Source: Paraglomus brasilianum (Eukaryota). From it: a stretch of DNA of 36,795 bases. Positions 23,270-36,746 of this stretch are shown here, piece after piece. Each line of letters begins with the position of its first letter. Within the stretch, counting starts at the first letter, position 1. The stretch is from the NCBI GenBank assembly GCA_910592345.1, contig CAJVPI010000285.1:1-36795 (forward strand). Direction: 5' to 3'. Below the pieces are notes generated by a model. The model was given only the letters and a program-made list of their open reading frames with translations, was not told the origin of the DNA and ran no database searches. The translations under genes were made by a program, and so were the position numbers.

Positions 23270-24592
23270 TTGCCTCGCTGTTGAAAGAGATGCGTATAAT
23301 CAGGAAATTTTCGAATACTCTCACGGATAAAGGGGCGTCATGTTACATTTACTAGGCCTTTTATCCCAAAAATTTAGCTTTAAAATACCCCTGCAAAATG
23401 AATCAGATAGATGTTCTAATGTCGGGTCACGCTTATCATTCAGCCAGTATTATAATAATAAGTAAAAATTCTTAGTACACGGACAACTGTTCCGCTACTT
23501 TATTATTACTAGCTTTTTTTTTTTCATTTTGTAAGACGTTCCGCAGCTGCGACTATTGACTGCTACCCATATTAATATTAACGATGTTACTAACCTTTAA
23601 GAGGAACCTAATTTCTGCGAAAATCTGATGTAATTATAACGTGCTCACTCATTTATTAGACTGCCCTTATTGCAAAAGGTCGACCTTTCTTTTTAACGTT
23701 TTTAAGTTTTTTTGTTTACAAATAAATTGACCATTATTGATTATCAATGCAGGATCAGCCAATCAATGTAGGTTGATCGGTTTGTGTCAGAATCGGAATT
23801 AGAACGCCTTGCATATTAATATAATTTAATATCGGCAAAACCAGGCAAAATGAACATGACGTGACCTTTCCAGGGGCTCAAACTGTAAGACTGCAAAGAT
23901 TAATTGGATAAGGACAAATATTCATATCAAACGTATCTAGGTTTACTGCGACAAATCAACTCACTAACCAATCAAAAATTCCGATCATTTGATTCTGTGG
24001 ATAGCGATGATCGCGATAAATAGATGCTTAAACACTATCTTAATCGGTTGTAGCATCATTCCACCCGCATTATTTTTTGTCTCGGTCACATTAATCCGTT
24101 ACATAAATTCGCTAATGCATTACATTTTAACAAATTTATAATAACGCGCTAAGACCCTTCGCGGTTGATTGGATACTTTTACCAGGACTCGATGGATTTC
24201 GGAATACTTTACAATCTCTGTAGTAAAAAGTTCTCTTACCAGCGTGAGCATTGCGTCTATTAACGCTTATTATATATACTACATCCATTGCTTTAAGCCG
24301 GCAGAATAAAGAAATGCTATAAATTTGAGTGTCATAATATGACATTTATTGAATTTATTAATATTGTTGATTGCAGTTCTCGTGTCATACGAAACTCATA
24401 ACGATCATGCCGATTAATTAGCTTGGAAGACATACGAGTCAGATAATGTGGTGTAATAATTTGTAATGTTTCATTTGGATTTATTTATGATACACACAAA
24501 GTCTGATTTATATATACATCCGTGTCCATAACAGCGACATAAATACCATTATGCTCTACAACGCCTCTAATCGATTCATCTCACTCACCCGA

Positions 24593-25693
24593 TCATACAC
24601 TCGACATTGCAACCGAAGTTCGACTACTCGACGGCCGCGCTCCTCTGTATCCAGTGTGATTTTTGAGCTTATGATGACGGAATTCAGATTCGAGTTGTCG
24701 GGCAAAACGGTGCGTTACTCCTGCGAAGTAAAACTGCGTAATAAATAGAGTGATAGAACGCTCCAATTAGTAAAAATAAAGACAGGGTAGACAATCAAAT
24801 AAGAAAAGCCCCGATGTACTCTTGTATCAAACACAGGTCTCGAATTCGTTCCAAAGTCGGATATACAAACGATACATATACGCACCATAACCATAGCCAA
24901 CAAAACATATCCAATAACTGTAAGCCACAACTTAATTTTGACAATCTTCTCACAGGCGCTTATCGACTTCTCGTGCACCGTATTAGTGATATCTCCTGCA
25001 GTGTCGTTAACGCTATTTCCGATAATGGTGTTGTTTGTAGCACCGGTGATGTTGCTTAATTGATTCCCGACAGCTGAAGTAGCATTCCCTACACAACTGT
25101 CAATAAGCTCTTGTTTGTGTTGGAACATCTCGACGACGGTGGCAACTCTAAGCACAAGGCTGACAATTACAATGAACCACAGGACGTTCGAGAAAAGACG
25201 AACTGCACGACGATTTGACTAGTTGGAGAGAGAAACAGAATGGAAGAATTGGTGAGGCAAAAATAAAAGCGTATGGTATCGGTTTACCGAATAGATGCGA
25301 GTTGGATTTCTTGTGAGCATATACATACCACCAACGATCCGACTATGCCAAAGAATGAAACGAGAGCTGTGACACCGTATAGAACTGAGAATAAGATTCG
25401 TAATCCATTATCCATGCCGGAAGAAAGATCGTTTTTGGAAAGTATTAGATACATATCCATAATAGATGCAGCCTAGACGGGAGTAATATTTAGCGATAAT
25501 CGTTCTTGAATAAACAGTGCATAAAAGTCTTTGATTTTTACCATCACAATGGCTGCTAAAATGATAGTCCCCAATCTTATTGGGATACTGCGAGATCAGA
25601 GATAGGCGAGTTTAGAGATATTGTATAAAAGTCAACAGAAGCATGATTCAATTCCAGCCCGTCAACTCACCAACAGCAACAGCATTCTACCAT
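24593..25693 (-). CDS. Uncharacterised four-transmembrane protein with N-terminal Cys cluster, 5 exons
   Basis: MVECCCC|CIPIRLGTIILAAIVM|AASIMD...ILFSVLYGVTALVSFFGIVGSLV|SNRRAVRLFSNVLWFIVIVSLVL...(long loop with 2 Cys and several N-x-S/T)...LWLTVIGYVLLAMVM|FYFAGVTHRFARQL...*; canonical GT-AG introns. Confidence 0.82.
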
Positions 25694-27505
25694 GTTGTGT
25701 ATAGTTTTGCTAGTAAACTATAACGATAATATTTGGATGTTTTTGCGTATCAGAAAGAGTACTTGGTGGTAGTGGCAAAGACCTTCTGTGTGTTATTTCT
25801 ATTCCGAGGCTTAATGCTTTTATATCGTTGTATACCGACGAAAGCCGCGCGTTGTGAAAAAGGACTGTATTTACTAAGCCTGGAACAGCCACAAAAAATT
25901 TTTGTGATACTTAAATTAGTGCCAAGCCCACGTTTCATTTGCTCAGCCGCGAATGCGCTATGCTATGTTTATTAAGGCAAACCGAGCGCCACGAGTTGAA
26001 AGGGGTTGTGTCATTAAAGGTCATAATATTAGTATTGTGAGGAGACCTATTTATAAATTCAGATATACGGTGTGCATATATTTTCATTACTAAATCCAAG
26101 CCGATTAATATGAATACCCATGAATGGCTAAAATACGTTCTAACTTTAATCAGAGTAATTAACGCCAGCCTTAGTATGTTTGCTATTAATTCGTCATTCA
26201 GAGTCATTGAATAGGAAACCCATGGGAAACGTTTATAACGTTAGTAAGGTCAACACTTGCATGGTTATTAATATATACGAGCGTCTTCTTAGCTAATGTC
26301 ACAAACTTTTCTCGCGTAGCATCGATTTTACAAGAAGCTATTTGCATTGTTATAAATGCGCTTGTAAGACATATAGTGAGAGTCACGCGCTCAGAACATA
26401 AGCTTGCAGATGTGTCATATTATCCCTTTCGGCACTCTTTCATAATAACGATAATGGTCCCAAAAATGACGGTACTCCTTTTTAAACAGTGATAAGAAAT
26501 GGTTTATTATACCCGTGCACTCTACTTGTTCTATATCTATATTTAGATCGCCTAGAGTGGGCCAAGCCACCTCATGAAAGGTTGGGCTTTTATCAAAGTT
26601 ATTTGATCTTCTAAATTTAATGTCGTTGGTTTTAGTATCATCGAGTCATCGTCATCGTAGATCTGAAAGAGATTTTGACTAACGACATCAATTTTTAATG
26701 GCTTGTTATGAATGGAGAAATGAAGCGTATTTTGGAAATTATCTTACGATGCTGCGCTGTTACTTGCGTAAATCACACTTTGCCATAGCCACTCTTGCCT
26801 TTTATATTTAATGGAACTAACGCAAATCAGAAGTAGTTGCTTGTTTGCACTTGGGAGAAAATGAAAATTATGCTACTAAAGATACAATGATTGCAACTCA
26901 TATATTACTAGTTCTTGGGTTTATTGCCGACATTAAATTTTTATTATGGTAAAATTAAAAATAAAACCGTCATAATAATAAGCTGGTAAAGTTCAGCAGA
27001 TAAAAATCTTAAATTTTACTATTTTAATATTAATTATAGTCAACCACTCTTGTAACCTTTTGGTACGCTGTTGATAATTTGATGACTAAATATAATTTTA
27101 AACGATGCACTCGATTATAATTAGTAGAGATCGTAATATTTCCCAAATGACAAATGAGTAATTTTAGATCAGAATTACGAAATTAAGGCTTGTGTCACCC
27201 AAGAAATATTCACGTAAGAGCAGTTTACAGCATTCACTTACTGTTGTTTGACCAACATGCCAACAAGAATATTGTTGAGCTTATGAGTGCTTCCCATTCT
27301 TTTAATAAAATAATAAGCAAATTTATAAATTTTTGATTTTTGATTTTATTTTAAAAAGACTTTTCGAGAACTGGAACAATTGTTTATTAGCACACTTTGA
27401 AAAAGCGCAAAATAGATTTAGGTGACACTTTGTACACTGAGTGTACATTGTATTCTATCTGTTTACATTACCAAGCATCCATTGGGTGCTTTCTTCTTCT
27501 GCTCT

Positions 27506-28294
27506 CTACACTTCCTCTTCACCATTCTTCTGACGTTTCTACAATGCCATCAATAAAATGATTAGTCAGACCCATTTTTATAATTAATTTCAAAAAAAAA
27601 ACTTACTTGTTTATTGGATGTCTCACCGCCAGACAGTGCATGTTTTAGTGTTTTTATTGATTTATCAGCCACAGTGGCCCGTATTTGCTCCATTTCACTC
27701 ATGATATCCATTAATGCACTCTTGGTGTATTTTAACTATACAGAAGAATTAGTACCTTATCAACAAATTAAGAATTATACATTAATTTCCAACCTGTAGC
27801 AATTCAATATCTCTCTCATAACGTCTTCTATAAACTGAGTCCCAGAAAGCACTGACCGCCGCAGAAGACTTCTCGGACTTATCATATAAAGAAAAGGATG
27901 TTATTATTTTTCTGATACTGTATTATACAAGGATCGATGTAGGTAATTATGACACGGGAAATAGCCAGCCAGTTGAGGACTTGGCTCACTCATCAGCCGA
28001 GGCATAGTCAGCTGAGTTATCAATTCGTTACGTAACAATGGACACGTCTAGCGCTCGATCTACCCCTCTTTAGTCATAATAAAAGCTAAAGCAGACCTCA
28101 AACTGTTTAAGAGTAACTTCAGCTTTCGTACACCACTCTTCGGATTTGTCTTGGAGCATATTCTCGAGGACTTTGGCGTATGCTCTGTGCTCTCTTGACC
28201 TGTCATCAAAATCCAGCGAGTTTTCTCGATATTTCAAATAGTCGATCAGCGACCACGAGCTGTTTTCCTGAAAGTACGATTTTGCGTTCTGCAT
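27506..28294 (-). CDS. Hypothetical 147-aa protein, 4 exons; possibly a truncated member of a repetitive gene family
   Basis: Exons 28294-28097, 27877-27794, 27735-27607 and 27538-27506, all phase-0 GT-AG: MQNAKSYFQENSSWSLIDYLKYRE...LKQFE|SEKSSAAVSAFWDSVYRRRYERDIELLQ|LKYTKSAL...SNKQ|KRQKNGEEEV*. Confidence 0.6.
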
Positions 28295-29335
28295 AGTAAC
28301 TGAAGGAAACACGCGATTTAGCTTATTTAACTGTATGATGACAAGCGTTGTGCAATGTTTGGACGAGAAAAGCAAAATTGTTAACAGATTGGCAGGCAAG
28401 AGTAGAAGGCTAATTGCTTGAAAAGGAGGCACGTAAAATTTTAACTGTCAAAAATGCACGAGCACATGACTTCTGCTGATTTGTTAGTGATCATCATGAT
28501 CCAGTAAAAATAACTGAGGGGTTTTTTGGAACAAAGTCATTATAAAAGTTGCTTAAATGCACCCGAAGTGAGAGCGTGCTTTGCAACGCTATACTGGCAC
28601 TGATGGCTGTTAGAACTACAAAAATCGCATTATATTACGAGACATCAGAAAATAGAATATTAAACTATCTGTCAACCGATGCCATTGATGTCTGGATAAA
28701 TACATGACCTGATGTTAAAAGACAATATTACTACAAATTTGTATTCTTATTCTATTACGATGGCAGACCTCGAGTACAGTGGATGATTGTCTATTCGAAG
28801 ATTTTTAATTCGTCGAATTTTATTGGTGATCATATTTAACGTATGAGTCACGTGCATGAATTTACGGAAACTATCATGTGATATGATATTATATAATTTC
28901 GGCCTTAACTGATCATTTGGAGAAGTTACTTGATAAGGCAATATTGGGACAACTTGCATTCTTCGAATTTTATCCTTCAATGTAATTTATTCATAGCACA
29001 CCAAATAAACAATATGGAGATCAATTTTTGGTTAAAGTGTGTACATTTAATTCCAGACACGAAAAATTTGCCCTTTTTTTTAACACACTGTATTTCCCAA
29101 ATCAGAGTTATTTAAAAGCTCTCACCTATTACTATTGTGATAATTGTTAATCGTTTGTTATTATTGTTGAGCCCAACAATAGAAGTTTAGCTAAGTTCGA
29201 TTGGGGTGTGGCTCTCCACTTTTAGTTAAATAAGATTGACAGTTACTGACCTTAATGTTAGGCTTTCCTACTCATGACCCCAGTGTCAATGCGTAGACAA
29301 CTAGCAGCAGGAAGGGCGTACAGACTCGGTTAGAA

Positions 29336-29366
29336 AGAGAGAGAGAGTGTGTGTGTGGGGGGGGGG
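29336..29366. repeat. Compound (AG)n(TG)n(G)n microsatellite
   Basis: agagagagagagtgtgtgtgtgggggggggg seen directly. Confidence 0.85.
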
Positions 29367-30718
29367 TACGCAATAGTCCATCATTGTTAGTACGACAAAA
29401 TTTTAATTCCATCAATCAGAGGTCACCACTAATTCATAATTCAAGCTAATTCCCACGAAATTGACTTGGGAATATTGTTACCTGATGAATCAGATAAGTG
29501 AGTCACATGGTAGAATCTCCCTCCGCAGTCAAGCAAAATCCCAGAATCACAAATCGAGTCCCATGATCACAATAAATATTAAAGATATGAGAAATTGGGA
29601 TATTGGAATATTGGGGATAGGGATAGATCTGAGTGAGATATAACTGAGGGAAATTTATACAGAGATAAAATAGGGGAAATACGTCCAGTATCAAGACCGG
29701 GTTATATCCGAGAGTGGGATACAAATGAGGGACGACTGTACTTTGTTATTTATTGTATATTTATCAAAGCCGAAAAACTGATATCAAAAGTGGAATATGT
29801 TTTTTGTTTTAAAAGAGTCAATTGGATTAAATGTTCACAGATTGCAACGGTTCAGTCTATTTATAAGAAAACGCGTTTAATTACAAGTATCAATTATTTT
29901 ACATTTGGCCGATTTTAAACAGCGTTAGAGGATACATTACCCAATGCAGTAATGTAATGAATGTATACAAACAATAAAATATTGCGCATTCAGCAATTCG
30001 CATTATCCGATTGAATGATTGCGTTAACTCTTGGCTTGGACATGCTCATCTTGCTCGGATCTAGAGAGAGCTTGGAACGCTTCACGATAATTCAGCAAAC
30101 TTCTCTCTCGGAATCATTAGAAACCACAATTACAACCTATATCCAAGAAATGCGTGGCTTTTTCATATTCGGTGAAACCATTATATTCGTTATTTATCAT
30201 ATACGGGTGATCCTATATTAATATATAATTTTATAACTTGTATGTAGAGCAATCCGCAAGTGTATTGTGTGAATTTCAAGGCATTAGCTTGGCAGTTTAA
30301 TCGTTTCGAAACTTTAATATTAAATCAATTTATAATTTGAATTGTTATGCGGCCGATAGTAATAAATTCACGGTTTATATATCAGAAAAGATTATTAGTA
30401 AAATCGTTTAATGCCATAGTAATAACGTAGCGTTGTCATTAGTTTATAATCATGTAAGCCATCCCCAACATCGTTTTTAAACCGGTTTGGTCACAATAAT
30501 CGGCGCTAACCAGATAAAGGCTAACGTTACGATCTTCAACGCTAATAGCTCAAACAATATTGTTTCTACACACTCGTCGAAAGCAAAAGTTAACACAATT
30601 TATGGAAAATTAGTCTATACTAATACGAGCCAAAACCCCATGTTACACGCTGGATAGTTGGGACATTTTACATGTTGTACCATTCCATGCGATCATGGTA
30701 GGCAACGATACACAAGAG

Positions 30719-31190
30719 CAGTGGCACCTCTATAAGTGCCGTGATTTCAATCAACAAAGATGCAATAGTGATATTAGTTTACTTATTAGTACTAGTGCAA
30801 TAGTAATAGCGACATTGGTTTACTTATTAGTACTAGTAAATATACTCGTGCTACAAAACTGTAAATATTGACATAAGATATTTGCTAAAATAATAAAAAA
30901 TTTTCCAAATTAAGCGAAGATGACATAAACGCCACAATAATATTGAGAATATTATTTGCGAAGTTCCCGACAACGACCACGAACTTGTATATCTCTTTAA
31001 AGATACTGATCAAGCAATTACGGATGTAGACGACATAGATGATAGTGAGGAAAGTCCTGTTATAAGCGCTAGCACAGCAATCTCTAGCTTGGAAACAGGA
31101 CAATGCGGAAAAATATATAACCTCTTTACAAATATTGAGAAGTTTGTTGTCGAAAACAAGCTCAATGCGTCAAACTAATATTTCTTCCAT
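30719..31190 (+). mobile_element. Decayed pogo/Tigger-like (Tc1-mariner, CENP-B-type) DNA transposon relic
   Basis: cagtggcacctctataagtg at 30719 resembles a pogo CAGT...CCTC terminus, and gtttacttattagtactagt is duplicated within 30761-30840. Frames 30939-31180 read NIENIICEVPDNDHELVYLFKD...DDIDDSEESPVISASTAISSLET / QDNAEKIYNLFTNIEKFVVENKLNAS, like the acidic C-terminal tail of fungal pogo transposases. Confidence 0.55.
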
Positions 31191-32587
31191 CTATTAACTT
31201 CTATTAGTTTTTATTCTCTTGATGAATATGGCTTTAATTTTCCCGCTTTGCTTGACCACGGAAAGGATGTCGAGCCAAAGTTAAAAGAATTATCTCTTGT
31301 AATACCTAATTGATGCTACAAATTTTCATAATAATCATCATTAAAACAATACAGGGAAATACGGATCAACTCTGGGTAAGAGAATAAGATACAGGACGTA
31401 ATTATCGTTTATGTAAACGCATGGACAATATCATATCGGGTCTTCTTTTGTACGCAAGACGAGATTTATAATAAAAAAAACCAAGTTCTTTAATCGATGG
31501 ATTTTGGCATGATGGCCATTTACTCTTTCGACGTTCCAGCAATGGTAACAGAAAAGCACGAAAGATATCGAACACAACAGATAGAAGATGCCTTGCTGAT
31601 TTATACGTCAAACGCAAGTAAGGAGCTGGCGTGGAAACATTCGAATATTGGGGAGGAAAAAGTCATACAGATGCAATTAGAGATGCCCAATGCTTGGTGT
31701 AACTTTACTTGGTAATCTTAGTATGTTACATCTCTCAAGACAATGAACAAAGATTATGCATCGGAACATCGGCCCGCAAATAATATTTTCGCACATGAGC
31801 TTTCAACTATAAACCGTGCAATGATCACAATCCTGTGGACTATTTTTTATATTTCCCTCAATAGGAAACCCCTATCGTTATTGATTGAGCAAGACGAGCG
31901 AATTTTCGTGCGTGAGCAAACTTCGATGGAGCCTCGGATTATCGGGCCGGCTGTATTAACAGTGACATTATTTTTTTAAAGTCCGAAGTATCAAGTTTTG
32001 TAAGTGGTACGCAATTTAAAGTTTGCTCTGGTTAAAGAACCGAAACAATGCATGATGACGACTGTTTGTACGACGAATCTATTTCATAGCGATCTAATAG
32101 CGATCTAGGATTTGCTAATGCACTATTCCACTTACAGGTGATCCACATTCTTCTATTATTGCGCCAATCAGATGCCAGCTTCGCAATGTACACGTGTCCA
32201 ATGCGTATCAAAAGAAAGCTTCTATGTCAATGTGGCCTTACTATTACGCTTGGAAAGCACCACCTTTTTGAAGAAAGGCTCGATATTGCAAAGAAACTTT
32301 CAGCGAATTGACATGACATGTACGGTGGATCGAGCGGGCCGAATTGAGTAAACGGGGGATTACAATACATTCATCGACAGTTAGATACAAGAATACCAAA
32401 AATAGTAATTAGCTATCAAATTAATGTGTACTACACAAATGAACGAACTTTCAGTTAAAGTGCGTCTCATGAATCACTTACCACAATTTTACTGTTTATT
32501 GCTGAAACTCAAGCCCAATTCACATACTGTCAGCGTCATTGCATTTGACTTCCGGCTTCCTCCCCACTCTTAACGCTTCTTTCTTTG

Positions 32588-35280
32588 ATGGAACAGTTAA
32601 ACCTGACCACGATACCCACAACAGTGCTCTCGGACACAGAAACTGACGACGAAGATGGACGTTTCTTTCAAGTAGATCATTTGGCGCTTGCTTCTAGCAT
32701 GTCCACTCTCGATGTACGAGAGGATGGTATATCACCGACTGAGAATGAAGACAAGGAATGGTTGATAAACAACAAACGTAGTCAGAAAGTAGCGGAACCG
32801 AACAGAGAACATAAAAGACGAGCAGACGGTTTGAGCGCGGACAAAATGGAAAAAACACTTAGAATGTTGGCTATGGCTTGCGCATGTACTTTTGGTGTCG
32901 GAAGTCATTTTTCGAGTCATATAATTGGACCACTTAAGGGCATTCTTATGGAGGTGAGGAAGGGAAAGAGATTGATAAGAGGTTAAAGTGAAAATCAAAC
33001 AAGAAAGGTTACATGCTTCGAACCATTGTGTATTGAGATATGAAAAAATAACGACGGGGGTAATTGGAGTAGTTGTATACAACTATTTCGGACCTCTTTC
33101 TTTTTTTTTCCCTTCTCTTTGAGGCTCCTTTCCATACATGATTAGGGTTGATTCTTGAAAGTTGATAGGTTATACCTACTCTTTTCTCCTATTTCCTCTC
33201 CAAATTCTAGCGCTTAAACCTCACAAACACCCAATTCTCTCTCCTTATTGCCTCTCTAACTCTCTGTAACACGGTAATACCAATCGTCTCTGGACTATTA
33301 ATCGCAAAAGTAGGAACAACGAACAGTTCGATAGTGGTCACTACTGTAATTCTGATAGGGATGATTGTTGTCACGGCTGCTAGTTGGTCTGGGCAAGTGT
33401 GGGCAATGATTGTAGGATTTGCTGTGTTTGGGTAAGTGTAGAGCATCTTATTTTTCATTCTGCATTGACATTTGGCTACGTTTTGTTTGATAGTAAGAGC
33501 TCATCCATGAAATACATTCATTATTAATACTTGTTTCTCATTATTACTATCTATCTCCTATTACATATTCATCATATTCATTTCGTTATCGATATCGACA
33601 TCGACATTTTCTATTCTCCAACATTGTCCCGCCACATTTAAAACGATCCTCTTAATTCTTTCAGCATGGGCCTAGCTCCATTAACCATAATCCAAGAAAC
33701 AATCATAGTCCAATTCTTTCAAGGCAATGGTTTGGGCTTTGCCCTGGCTTCTGGGTTGACAGTGGGAAAACTAGCATCCTTTCTTGCCTCCATAACTGCT
33801 GTCCCGCTTTCCTTAAGCGGAGAGCTTTCTTACCGTACTCCTTTTATAGTCGCAACATTCACTTGCTTCCTCTCATGGATAATGAATATAATATATTTAT
33901 TCCTTTTAAGACATGCTGGGAATAGAAAAGGACAAGGGAATGACGGAGCCTTATTCCATAAAGTCATGGAGAAGAAGACCGTGCACTGGAGTGCGATATT
34001 CGAGTTGTCGAATATGTTCTGGTGGTATTTGGTTGTTGTACTATTGTTTGGAACCGCGATGGTGCCATTTATACATTTGTCGAGGTAAATGTTGGTTGTA
34101 TGTGTGGAGAGAAGAAAGAGAAAGAGAAAGATAAGGTGATAGGAAAATAAGAGCGTTTGCAACAAGGAAATGGGACAGGATGTGGGAAAGAATGACATAA
34201 CAAGGGAGATTGACGATATCGAAATCCAGTAATGAGAACAGAATAGAAAGAGTGATGTGTAAAAAAGACGAGTTTGGTAGAATGCAATAGTGTCTAATAG
34301 TTCGAGACATCTATATTAATTCAATGACTTTCAACGTTCTTTCTAAAAAGCAATATCGTCAAACATCGGTTCGACCAGTCGGACTTGATTGCTGCATGGG
34401 ATGCGTCTTTAATCTTATTACTGCCCGTCGCTGTATATCCTTTTCTCGGACTATTTCTCGACAAGCATGGAAAACGATGTTTTATATGTAAGTACGAAAA
34501 AATTATTATTATTTTTTGTTACAAGTGACTTTTAATCTAAGAAACTGTATAGTAACCTTTTCATCTCCTTTTGATAAATTATATATAGTAATAGCTGCAG
34601 CAATTGCCATGCTATTAACATATCTCCTCCTTCTACTCCCAACGAGTTTGATCCACCCATTCCCTCCAATCCTTCTTTTTGCTATAGCATTCGCTCTTGC
34701 CCCTTTAACAGTAGTAAGCCTTGTTCCTCTTCTTACAGAACATGTGTCCACTGGTCTCGGACTGTACAAATCTCTAGATAATATCGGAGCAACACTAAGC
34801 CAAACAGTAGCTGGTCTCGTTCTCGACGCCCATGCCAAGCACATCAACTACACCAAATCTCCAGATGGCATCGAACTCGGACACGAAAACGATGATCTAG
34901 GAGCTTTGCGATTATTTGCTGCATTGAGTTTCCTTTGCGTTGTTGCAGCTTTGATATTCTGGTGGCAAGACAAAACATACGAAAATGGACGTATAAATTC
35001 CAGAGATGATGGTAGTCACTATCATGATACTGCCAAATATGGACATTTGGGAGATGAGGACGTTACAAATGGGACGAGTATGATGGTCATGGAGGACGAA
35101 ACCAATTATTCAAAGGAGGCATTATCGAAAAGAAGGAAGAGAAGCGTGATCTATGTTGGGTTACTGATAATATTGCTTGTAATCTGTTGGGGATTGTTTG
35201 CTGTGGTAGCTATAAAGAAAGCTAATGTACATCGGGTTGAGCCCGGAAAGAATTCAACTGTTACAGCAGAACAGGATTGA
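32588..35280 (+). CDS. Major facilitator superfamily transporter, MFSD1-like, 5 exons
   Basis: Exons about 32588-32953, 33211-33431, 33665-34084, 34351-34487 and 34588-35280. Motifs GSHFSSHIIGPLK, QFSLLIAS...NTVIPIVSGLLI, GLGFALASGLTVGKLASFL, PFLGLFLDKHGKR and VPLLTEHVSTGLGLYKSLDNIG; roughly 12 or more hydrophobic segments. Confidence 0.9.
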
Positions 35281-35737
35281 TTGTAAACAGGATACTTATC
35301 CAATATATAGTTGATATTGATAATATATTTAATAACTTTTAATTACATAGACTTTCTATATTGTCTTTGAGAACAAAGAGCAATGTAAACTAGAACTAAT
35401 AAAAATGACAGCGGAATCGATGACATCCGAATTTATATTGTCAATATGGAGGAGGGCGAATATAAAAAGTAAAGATATCAAGTTGTAATCATAAAAAAAA
35501 GTTGTGCTAACATTACTCGTTCGATGATGATGATTTATGTTAATTATGAAAAATATATATAAATGTATATATTATATATATAAAGTCTAGATGGGTGTAT
35601 ATCAATTCTTTATTACATATTTGGAGTTTTACCTCTACATTTTGTCAAGGCATGGCATGAGGAGAGCCTGCTCCGAACAAAACTCCAGAAAACTTGTTTG
35701 TTATCGCATTAAATTTCATATATTACACATATTAACT

Positions 35738-36636
35738 CTATAGTTTACCGTTCCCATTCTCCTTCAAACAAACATGCTGATGCTCATGTAATAACATACA
35801 TGGTGGATTAGTACATACTTCAATCTCCTGAAACCATAAATCCATACAAATCTCGTCTATCGTAAGTCTCTTTGTTGTATCTGGTTCTAGTATCTGATAC
35901 AATAGGTCTCTACATCCCCTTGGCAAACGCTCAATTTGTTCATAGCTATTTGTTTTCCTCGCCTCCAAATATGCAGCATAATGTGGATCCGGTGGACATG
36001 CCATTCGGAATGGAATGCCTTGATATATCATACAGTAATATACTATTCCACACGCCCAGACATCTACAAGACGGGCATCATATTCGCTTGTTTGAAACTG
36101 TTCAGGAGCAATGTAGGGTTCACTACCACAGAGGCCTTTGGAGAGATGAGCACATTCTTCCCAACATGTACGGAAGACGTCTGACACACCGAAATCGGTG
36201 ATTTTCAAATGACCATTATCATCCAGGAGAAGATTTTCGGGTTTTATGTCTCTGGATTAGCAAAAAAAAAAAAAAGCAAAATCAAAAAATAAGAAACAAA
36301 TTGGAGATAGGATCGTCAAAAATGAGAACGGAGGTCGGTTTAAATTACATACCTGTGCGCAACTCCCATTGAATGTATATAAGCAACACCTGAGATGAGC
36401 TGCTTAAAACAGCAATTGATCTCCACTGACGTCATATAGCCAGCCTTAATAGCAGAATATAAATCCCCACCAGCGCAATATTCCATGACCTCGCACCAAT
36501 TATGATTTTCATCTTGCACCAAGTCCACAGTACGAACGATGTTAACATGATCCAGCGAAGAACTTATGCAAAATTCGCTAGTTAATTTCTTGACGTAATC
36601 TTTTTCAGTTTCGCTTTTACATCGTTTTCTAAATTC
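35738..36636 (-). CDS. HAL-family (Hrk1/Sat4-like) Ser/Thr protein kinase, 5' end outside the window
   Basis: EFRKR...YVKKLTSEFCISSSLDHVNIVRTVDL...WCEVMEYCAGGDLY...GVAHR|DIKPENLLL...LKITDFG...GLCGSEPYIAPE...YDARLVDVWACG. The TSEFCI and GSEPYIAPE motifs are typical of HAL kinases; the Gly loop and VAIK lie upstream. Confidence 0.92.
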
Positions 36637-36682
36637 CTGTATTATTTGGAATTTTGTGTCAGGTAGAAAGAAATAGTAATCG

Positions 36683-36742
<60 letters not shown>
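36683..36742 (+). repeat. 60-nt poly(A) homopolymer inside a kinase intron at the window end
   Basis: Uninterrupted A run followed by low-complexity A/T sequence; may be an assembly or contig-end artefact. Confidence 0.85.

Positions 36743-36746
<4 letters not shown>

Noticed and set aside
31420..31715. Fragmentary frames faintly resembling a GCM-like transposon domain (RRCL, IQMQLEMP)
   Set aside because: Needs several frameshifts and key Cys residues are missing; not supportable without a profile search.
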